NCBI GenBank assembly: GCA_002633005.1
Contig: NMRA01000206.1
Coordinates: 404,991-468,990 of the forward strand
Reading direction: 5' to 3'
Length of the DNA: 64,000 nucleotides
Source of the DNA: Phoronis australis
Lineage: Eukaryota; Animalia; Phoronida
The notes below the pieces were generated by a model. The model did no database searches. It worked only from the letters and a program-made list of their open reading frames with translations, and was not told the origin of the DNA. Shown here piece after piece: positions 1 through 10,400 of the stretch (position 1 is the stretch's first letter; each line of letters starts with the position of its first letter). A program made the position numbers and the translations under genes.

Positions 1-536
1 TGACTTTAGAGCACAGCAAGCCTATGGTAGCCATGGAAACATTTCAGCATGCTTCACAATCAAGATAACACTATAATAGACTATAATTCAAACTTCAAGT
101 GCAGTTAACAGTATTCCTTAATGAAAAAATTCTCCAGTTTGGTACACAATATGGCGGACAAGTGAAATCTCATTTTGTCAAAATTTTTAACAAAAATAAA
201 TTTCCAGGAAAATTTACTTTGCTCTTAGCATGGTTTGTATGGCGTGGTTTTTTACCTAACAACATTGGGAAATGTTTGAGCAATTTTTAATAATGTGGTA
301 AGCCTCTGAAAAATGGAAACATGTCAATTTTAGCAATTATTTTGTCCCAAACTGAAGAATTTCTACAATACCTCTACAATAACTAGTCATGACAACAGTA
401 TTGGCAGACAAAATGTCGTCGTAAAACAACTTTTTTTTGCAGTGCAGGGTTATGGGTTATCTGTGTGCATATTCAAATATGTTACAACAATGTCATCTAT
501 TTCCAGCCACTACAGCGGAGAGCAAGTCATCCCCCC

Positions 537-660
537 TCATGAACCACACAAACATTCTCAGTAACAAGGTTCTTTTCTCACGAACACAATTCTTTTCTCA
601 TGAACACATTTTACCCATGAACAAAAGTCTTTTCTCATGAGCACAATTCCTTTCTCAATA
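537..660. repeat. Degenerate ~20-bp tandem repeat
   Basis: ttcttttctcaygarcacaa recurs about 4-5 times. Confidence 0.7.
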
Positions 661-3600
661 GCTGCGTGTGCTTTCTGATTTTCTCAAGCACCACAGTTCT
701 AACAGGCACATTTCTTTTCTCACACACCACAATTCATTAGTATGAACGTTTCATTTCCTGAAAAGCTGGAACACCCGTACGTTGATGAGGACACCAGAGT
801 ACCCAGAAAACGTGTATCAACGCCCATACTACTGTAGTTGAACAGCATTCGGATGAACATCACCAACACATATGGATAGTCTGAAGGTGAATATTCATAG
901 GCAATACAACTTATACAGTTTCAATATCTTGCACATACATCCACGATTTAATATGGTACACTAGTGATAAGCTCTCTTCAATTTCTGTTTGCAAAATTGA
1001 ATTTTCCCACTCTCTAGTAGAGATATTTAAAAGTTCAAAAAGTTCACCACCGTTTTCTTCAATAAACACTGATGAAGTCAATTTTTTCAAAGTTTAGTTT
1101 TGAGGGGAAATTTCACAAAAATTAAAAGTTTAAAATCTAAATTGACGAAGATTTACCGTTAAACTCCTAGTAATACAAGCATGGGTACTAAATAAAGCAC
1201 TAGAACTTCAGCACTCCTTCATTATCGTGCTAACAACTAGACTATGTACAATTCAGTCCACATCATAAAAACATCATGCAACTCTCGTGCATACAAACCA
1301 GAACTGGTAGATGTAGCATTGGGGAATATGTCATCGGGCTGTCCTATCTCTGAAACGTCAATTTCAACGATGTTGACTTATGTTACATTTGAACCTATTT
1401 TGAATGAGCTGTGAAAGTTGAACAAAACCAAGAACTCGGTCTCGATTTACCGAAAATATAAAATTTTCCTCATCTCGACATGACTAATCTAACTTATATT
1501 ATATTACGGCTACCACCAGAATAATAATTCTTATATCTCCTTATTCTAGGTTTTGACTTCATACTAATTACTGAATTGTAGACAAAATTAACATATTTCC
1601 AACATAAATTATAGTCATTGTTCTCATGCAAGCAAGTCTAACTGAATGCTAGCACAGCAGAGTCTTACAAGTTTATGTACTCAGTTCAGAAAACGTATTG
1701 AATAACGTAATCAAAGCTGGACTTGTAAAGTGAGGCCAATAGTTACGAATAAGTAAAGAACTGGACCAGTTAAGTGTTAAACATCGGTTATGTACAAATA
1801 AAGTAATGTCAAGCAAGTCATTAAGAGCAGATAGACTAAGTTAGAGATAAATCTAAATAAAGAAACTGAATAGAAGCTGTTTCATTGCGAAGTATCAGCG
1901 TGGGATAATACAAGAAGTATTAATACAAAATTGATGTTTATGAGCGCTAAGAAATGGAGAAGAGAGGAGACATTTCTATGTAGAAGCAATGTTAGTGTCA
2001 GTTGAGCAGAGGAATATTCAGAGCAACGCTATCAAGGCATGAAGGTTGATATCAGTAAATGGAAACTGAGTGCATCAGAAAAGCTGCAGTGCCATGACGT
2101 AACAGTTTAAACCATCTTACCTTGCGAATAGCTTATGTATGCAACCGAACCGCGTAAAATTTTAACTTCTATAATCAGTGAAATTGCATGTGAAAATAAA
2201 GTAAATTTCACAAAGAAATTGAAAAAAAAACAAAAAATAAGAAGAAGGATTATATTGTTAAAATATCTAAAAGTGCACAAAACATTGAGCATATAAATTG
2301 AAAATGACTAGATTTTCACATGGCTCAGATGCCAAATAACAATTTCTCCAGACTAATAGATCCGACAAATCAAAACTCGTCCCTTGCCACATACGTTATA
2401 CAAGTTCTTAACCGATAATGAGGCAACGACAGAAACGGTCATACACTCATTTTTGCCCAGCAATCACACAGCATCATACTGCAATCATACTGGACAATTC
2501 TTTGGTAAAAAATTTTCACCATTAAAATTCCATACGTTCAAACCGTTACAAGAAAAACGCACAGCATCTAACTTCTAATTAATTCTGTATGTTGTACTAT
2601 GGTTGTACATTTCGCTTAATTGACCACTGTACAACGTGTGAGACAGTGACTTCAGTTATCCTATAGCGCCTCCTATTGGTGAGAACAGGTTACAGCCAGA
2701 GGAGCCATGCATATAACCTAGAAAGAGCAAAGGCCAGCAGGGATTTGGGGCAGTTATGGCTGCAAGGACCATAACTTGAGAGGGGTTTAACCGTGATAGT
2801 GATCAAAACGTCCAAATGAAGTGGTACAAGCGGGATAGTTTTGCAAATGAAGAACCAACTTGGTTCCATCGTCAACAAGAATGTTGAATCCGTACTGGCC
2901 TAGACTAGAAAGTTAGCCGTTACAGACTAAAGAAGCACCGTACACCTGCTTGACACTTTAACTCGGTCCAGTTTATATGTTACAAAGTTTCCTAACTCTA
3001 AAATGGGGAGCCAGTCCTCAGGCTCCGTGTACTGACTAGCAACTTAAGTGTATATGTTACTTTAATACTGAAACCCATGTTTTGCTGAGAAAACCCAGAT
3101 TCATTCCAAGCCATTGTGGCGCTATGAGCACCACAGGCTGGAGGACGGCATGACTACTCATATGACAAATGTTAAAACTCACATGAACTACTTTAACTAA
3201 AAAACATCGAGTGACAATAATCAAAATAAACTCTGACATCAAAGCAACTCGGCTGAGATCAATTCGCGGTCAACAAGAATCAAATACGGTAAAAATGGCA
3301 CGCAAAAAGTACGGAAATATATGTAAGGACATAAACGAGAAAACCTTTCCACAAAAGCACTGGACGGAGCATGATGCACAGGATGGCCATCTTACAATTA
3401 CTGCCCCTAGGTGGCATAACTAGAGATTTCACAGGCAGTAACATAACTAATTCCAATACATAACAGTGCGATGACAGCAGGCGATCATTATATTGCTCAA
3501 CACTGAGTGTCAAGCAAGATATGATCAGCCGTGTGCACCACACAACACACGCAGACATCAACAGTCATTTACACTCTGAACAATTGAACATACATCACTG

Positions 3601-4301
3601 GTTGAGACTGTAGAATATAGCTCTCAGCAAGCTCAATGCTTGCTCATTCGTAATTAAGACTTATATCTACAGAAGTAGGAAACAGTGATTCTTCATCTAT
3701 TTAGCAGTATTAGGGAAAATTTGCGGACAGAAAATTTTATTATTTCCATCAAGGTACTAAATGTTTACAGTAACACACCATGTGGATACATGAAAATGTT
3801 GTGCTGGCGCTTATTTTCAGAAATTTCATGAAGTGCCAATCTTTTTTCAAACTTGATACAAATCGTGGTGTTCGGTATTTGATATACACACATAGACATA
3901 CATGATGAACACCCAAAATTGTCCATGTCCCAATCTTCAGAATCAAGAACTCCCAATTTCCGCTTGAATTTAGCTGGTGAGTCCAAATTTTAGAAACAAA
4001 AAATATCTAGTATACCTGACTAACAGTCACCTAACAGTCTCCATAAAGCAATACTACGCAACATTTTGACACTAGGTGGCCATTCTGGCAAGTTTGATAG
4101 TGCGAAACAAATAAAGAACAACTGAATCATTTAGTTGAGGGCTTTGAGACAACTCATAAACATCTTAATACTTGGGTACACAAAACAGCATAACACCACG
4201 TCGTTTACACTGGTACCGTCGTAACAGCCTCCACCAGTATTTATAATAGGGGTCATTTAACAAGCAGTACAACTGATCCGGACGGAGTTTACTTCGCTCA
4301 C

Positions 4302-4496
4302 CTCCGTTGGTGGGACAGTCCCGCCCCCCACGGCTGCACGCCCGCTGCTCTGTCTTCATGGTTCCCGCCATCAGAAAACTGTCCCTCTCCACGTTGGCTT
4401 TACACTCAAACTTGTAACGCACTTCCTTGTACGAACCATCAGGGCGGGTTCCATTAGCTACCACCCATTGCGTCCATGCCGATGACTTTCGTTTTA
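4302..4496 (-). CDS. SEMA5: Sema5 coding exon 14: degenerate fourth TSP1-like repeat
   Basis: IKRKSSAWTQWVVAN...EVRYKFECKA...KTEQRAC resembles the atypical central repeat of class-5 semaphorins (WTPW...RFRFTC...ETRxC); tttttatatag acceptor, GAG|gtgag donor, 195 nt. Confidence 0.88.
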
Positions 4497-7400
4497 CTAT
4501 ATAAAAAAATGAGATTAACCTAGTCAGAAAGGTACTATCACCTGTATTATGGTTAGACCCCCAACGGAACAGAACTGTAATTACTTGAACATTTTTGCAA
4601 TAGTCTTCCTTTAGAAAGATTTAGATTGAAATTTCTGCAGTTTCTATGCCGACTGTACATATAATTTTCTCATATGTCTAAGTTCACGTGCCCCTACAGG
4701 AAATAGCATGTTTTTAAAAGAATTATACTTTTACTCCGGGATTTTGCATATAGGCACATTTACGTGTGTCTTAAATGGAGTGTTTTCACTTATTCCTGTC
4801 CACTCTAACAACTTAATCTAAAGTTATATTGAGCACTGTTTAAGGTAATGTGACTATTACCCTGGGACATCCTGTGTCACACAATGGCAAGTGTTGACTA
4901 TTTTCATTCAATTTTGCAATAACCAAGCTGTGGAACAAAGCAATTCAACACTCGTTGTATTCTATAGTGATAATGGAGTTCATATTTTTGATTCGACAAA
5001 CCAGTTCATTCTTCTCATCGGGAACAATGTCAGGCAGAGACTAAAACGAGTATAAACCCGAACGTTGACGATGGACACGTTTGCCTTTCTTCCATTCTTC
5101 ATCCTCACAGCATGTGGGAACACCATTATTATTATTATCATTATTATTATCATATGATGTCATTACTACACCTCAAGGACAGATAGCCTACAGCAACTGA
5201 CTTACTTGAACAGGGGGCAGTCTTACAATCCTTCCAATCCTGGTCATTGCCCACACAGCTACGACCGCCGAATGCGGGTGACGGGTTACTGCAGCGTCGA
5301 CGTCTCAACTGCATGCCACCACCGCACTGCTTTGAGCATGACGACCACTCTAGCCAGCCTGACCACTGACCATCACCTGGACATTGGTAATATAGACTTA
5401 AGGTCAAGACGCCAACTGCAATTGCTTTTATTTTAACACAAATAATGTTACAATTATTGATTTGTTGTAGGCATCCCTTTACAATCCAACTGAATATTTT
5501 TAATTAACATAAATAAATGCTTCGCACTCTGATAAAGAGTGAAGCTAGTGGCTGTTAAATGACCTATTATGACCCAGCAGTACAGTAGCTTTAAAAATCC
5601 AGAAATCAATCAGCTCAATAACTTGTGATGAACAGGTGGTTATACTTACGAGGACACACTGGGTTATGAGAGCACCGTTGAGTTTCTTCACGAGCTCCGG
5701 TACAGGCCCGCCCCCCAAATTGTGGGGCGGGGCTACTACAATGGCGTGTCCGTCGTCTCCGTGTGTTTTGGCCACAAGTGGCACCACAGGCTGACCACTG
5801 AGACCACTCACCCCATCTACCATGCACTGAAGGAAACAAAATTGTAGGCATAATACAAAGGAAGCAAACAGGACAGGCGATTCAAAAATGGATCCGACTT
5901 ACAATAAAATATAAAAAATAATTGCAGGCGGTCTGATACACGTTGTATCAGACGTGCGCAGGCCTCGCATGTGGGCCCATTGCACTGATCACCTGGAAAT
6001 ATTTTTATGCTTTATTGATATATGGTTAAAACCGAGCTGAGGAGCTAGAAACCTGGCTCAAGGGTTTAGCAGAGTGACCTGGTGGGACTTGAACCCAAGA
6101 CCTCGAGTAAAGAAAGCGGGCACTTATCAACCAGGCCACACTGCCTCCTCACGACTTACAATAACCCTACATGCTGGGTGTAGCATTAAACATGCTTTAT
6201 TTGTCTAGGTAAAAATACAGAAACTGTACAGCAGAGAAAAAGAAGCTAGATTTTTGCATACAGAAAACGCGAAAATTGACCAAGTCCACTAAAGTGACAA
6301 GCTTGTGTTTTACATCATGTAACTTTTGTCAACAAAGATGTTTGTAACTTACTCAAATTAAACCATCACTCCTAAATACAATACAAACAAGAAAACTGAA
6401 ATATTTTGGTCACATTGAAAGGCATGACACCATCTGCAAGAACATACTGGAAGGAAAAACAGAAGGGGTGAGAGCAAGAGGTAGACAACGCAGAAAGTGG
6501 CTGGACGACATCAAGGACTGCAAGAATGTACCAGAAAGGCAAAGAGCAGAGCAGAATGACGGGTCATTTCAAGTTGACCTCTAAGGAGATGACACCACAT
6601 GATGATGAACTTTTATCACTTCACCAAAATATTCACTCTAACTATACACTAGAACAGGTGGTTAGTGTAATGGGCCCAACTGTACGGTCTAACCACACCT
6701 GCAGCACCGCAGAAGGCACCAGGTCACCTGTCTAGAAGGTCCTGTAATTAAAGAAAAAGCATCACATTTTCATATCATTATTTTCAAGCAAAGAGAATAA
6801 TCAACTGAAGGTCTCACCTGTACAATTCACCACCTGTATAGATGACCCCCGACAAGGCGACCCGCCCATCATGGGTGAGGGGTTATCACAGCGCCGTGAC
6901 CTGCACTTGCACTGAGTCATCGTGTCAACTGACTGTTCGCATGACTGCCAATGGTCCCAGTCTGACCACTGTCCATCCATTCTGTAGCTGGTGACAGGAC
7001 AAGAAGTCATTCTCTGCACTGTATACTGATTGTGTTCCACGCAGACCCTGCGGACACTGTGCCAACCGCAATAGGGATCCATGGCATTAAGACAAGACCT
7101 AAATACAAACAATGAAATTTACAAATACATTACAATAGCTTTGTACTCATATGTAGTACGTAGACGTATGTAGAATTGTATTACTTTAAATTATTTTCCG
7201 AAAGTTTGGAGATCGAACTGGCTAACGACGTCGAGACGACATTGACCTACCTTTTTAACTTTCCATGTCAGAGGTCACTGTTGGAGTAGTGTGGGAGGTG
7301 AATACGGAAAACTTAATTACATGGTCGTATTTCCCTCGACAGAATTAAAGCGTATGGCATTAAATGAAATATGAAATGCAATTTAATTCCCCAGAAATTA

Positions 7401-10400
7401 ATAAACAGACTCGATGACTCAGGTGCTAGACATAAGACTCACCTTCTGTCCTTGAAGCGCCCACACCTGTGTACAGGTAACTTCATCAGCTTCATCTCAG
7501 AACCCACATAAAGAAATCCCTGAAACATCGGGAATGGAAAAAACTTGCAAAAGTAAAAAAAAAAACGGATATCATATCACAGAACACGATTATAAATTCA
7601 TAAAAACTGACGTAACATTTTTTTTGCATTTGCCCTCTTTCAAATTATCTCTTCTTAATAACTTTATAGATACTGCATTTAAACTAACATTCAAAAACAC
7701 ACCTCCATGATTTTCATGCTCTTAATTGGCTGCACAGCATCCTCGGGAAACAGGCGAAGTTCTTCCACCAGACATGCCTCCTGTTGGCCAGCAAGTTGTA
7801 CTAATTTTTTGACTACGCCGTCCAGAGTGGCAACAAACAAGACATGGTACGTGCCGTGATGGACAACATCCACCGCAATGTGGCTCCACCTGTGGGAGAA
7901 ATTGAAGTTACAGGACAGGAAACCTAGACTGTCAGTATCTGGACTCATCAATAGTCGGACTGGATCTTTATATCCGGTGCCAAATATTGCAAGCCCTATG
8001 GCTAATTGTCAGAGAACAGAGAGGTTGAACTACCTCACACCCCCCCCTCCCGAACAGTCCAGATTCACCTATGTTTGTTAACAGTAGAACATGAGATGGG
8101 ATAGGTTGTGCAGACCCAGTGTGACTCACAACTGTCAAGCCTGAGTGTAGCCACTGGATTGTCCATCACTTATGGAACTGTAACCAAAGGAAGGTGTGAA
8201 TCAGTATAAGCTCAACCACTTGATGTTTACAGCTGTACCACTCTAACGAATCCACACAAACAGCCACGGGTTCAGAACAACTCCCCCTAGTGAATCATGG
8301 GTTCTCTATCCTGAAAACTCACCTTTCGTTCTCTCCACTCGCCAGGGGGCGTATGTGGTTGGGTTGGACAGCCTTATCCATCAGTTGATAGCGTACTGCG
8401 TTACTCAAGAGCTGCTGTACTGCTGGTAGGTTCTCACGAGCCAGTCTGGGACTGGGTGAATCAGGCCCGGGGGGACACTGAAACAAACAGCATGGGGTCA
8501 ACAGACTACTTAAAGCCTTCGATGATTTTTGACCTATTTATTTCTTTTAATGAATAGTACATAGAATGAGAATCATTGCCCACAAATCGCTAACATTATA
8601 GGCAGGTGGTTAAAAAATAATTAAGATTACTTGGTGATTCAAAAACCGATCTTATATTCTAACTCAAAGAGATTATGCTTGAAAACACAAAACATGCTGA
8701 AACACATCCCCATTCACTTCCTTCAGTTATCAGAGAAGTAACGTTATTTATTTCTTGTAATTGGAACCATAAACTAGAGTAAGACACTTAATTTCAACCA
8801 GTCAAAACTCAGTCAAGTACCACCCATAGCCACAGTTCAGTTGCTATAAATCACTGTGTTGATATAACCAAACCAGTATTATACAAATTTTAAGTCCATG
8901 CTTGTGTCGGACAATAGCTTGACATGCAGCCCCACCTGGTGTTGGCTCGTAGGATTAGGCTTTCTCTCCCAGGCCATGCGTGATGTTGCCTGATACTTCA
9001 CTGCCCCGTGAAACGTCTGTTGTAGCGATGTCATGTTGAATACGCACACAGCTGAGCCATGAATGGAATTGCTGAAGAAGTCGAACTTACAGGTAAGTAA
9101 ACACTACACTACAGTAAAGATAATGGTCAGATATAACTTGCACGAAAGTGAACACTACACTACAGCAAAGATAATGGTCAGATATGACTTACAGGTAAGT
9201 AAACACTACACTACAGCAAAGATAATGGTCAGATATGACTTGCAGGTAAGTAAACACTATACAACCCTACAGCAAAGATAATGGTCAGACATAACTTGCA
9301 GGTAAGTAAACACTACACTACAGCAAAGACAAAAGTCAGATATAACTTGCCCGCACTTTTAGAACCAGTTTTCACCACTGAATATCGGGCATCAAAATGT
9401 GGTCACCTTATATCCGCCTATCGCCACGGCAGTTTGAGAATAACAACACATTGTAGGTTTAGTATAATCATTTATGGCAGCTATAATCAGTACTAACTGT
9501 TCATAATGAAGTACAATCATATTCAATTTGGATTCTTCTGAGAAACTTTAAAGCAATTTTGAACGTGATGAGATTAAAAAAATACCAAAAAGTGCAGCCT
9601 TTGTCATTTTTATCATACGTTAAGGCACAGCTAAAACAGAAATCATTTGACCTAGCCTCTGACAACTAGCAAATACCCACCACGACAATTATATGACCAT
9701 TTAAGTTAAACTTACATGGGAGTGGTAAAAACAGCATACAGCAGACCCTCCTCTTTGACCAGGTGAGTGCTCTGTAGCTCGTCATAGTAGAATGGATAAT
9801 CACCGGCTATTGAACAGTTCAGTCTGGCCTTCATGAATGTTGTCCAGTTGTCTTCCAGGAGCGAGTCTTGACCACCCCGGTCATTCTTACAGACACGGGC
9901 CACTCGGGAGTAGACCGCCTGGGAATTAACAACACACGTAGGAGAAAATTTACAACTGAGAAAGTTTAGAGCTTAGAATAAGTCGTCAATGAAAAATGCA
10001 TCTGTATTTGACCAGATTCAATAAAAAATTTCAAAACCGTAAAAATTTAATACACAAAAAAATTAAGATTATCTCTGCCATATCACACAAGTCTTGCATC
10101 AGCAGATCTCTGTATCTATAGATGAACAGACGAAAAGGACAGGTTTTTGATTTTTTTGAAATCCTAGTGATGAGGACACAAGAGGAAAGAAGTACAGTGC
10201 AAACCCCAACAGTATTCAGACAAAATGACCCAGAATTCTCTCTCATGACGGCTGATCAGAAGCCTAATTCATCGTCAGTGTAGTCATGACAACAGAACTG
10301 TATTTTGTCTGATTACGTTTGTCTTGTACTGTAATCCATGCTACAACACGCACTACACGTGCAATGCCGAGACTTTAAGGACATCTACAGGTAAACAAAC

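Noticed and set aside
1069-1151. CTGATGA followed by a gtcaattt/aaattgac stem, hammerhead-like
   Set aside because: The second box is GAAG rather than GAAA, and stems I and III cannot be formed
2690-2878. ORF containing GPCSHNCP, reminiscent of TSP1
   Set aside because: Lacks the WxxWxxW and RxRxC motifs; judged coincidental
6070-6150. Possible tRNA gene (also 44705-44775)
   Set aside because: A and B boxes are present but there is no full cloverleaf; the 6070-6150 copy sits inside a TSD-flanked SINE
9084-9350. CRISPR-like regular repeat
   Set aside because: Head-to-tail units with no unique spacers, in a eukaryotic intron, with no cas genes
9063-9496. Plus-strand ORFs with a repeated 17-aa peptide
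   Set aside because: By-product of the 51-bp (17-codon) intronic minisatellite, antisense to Sema5
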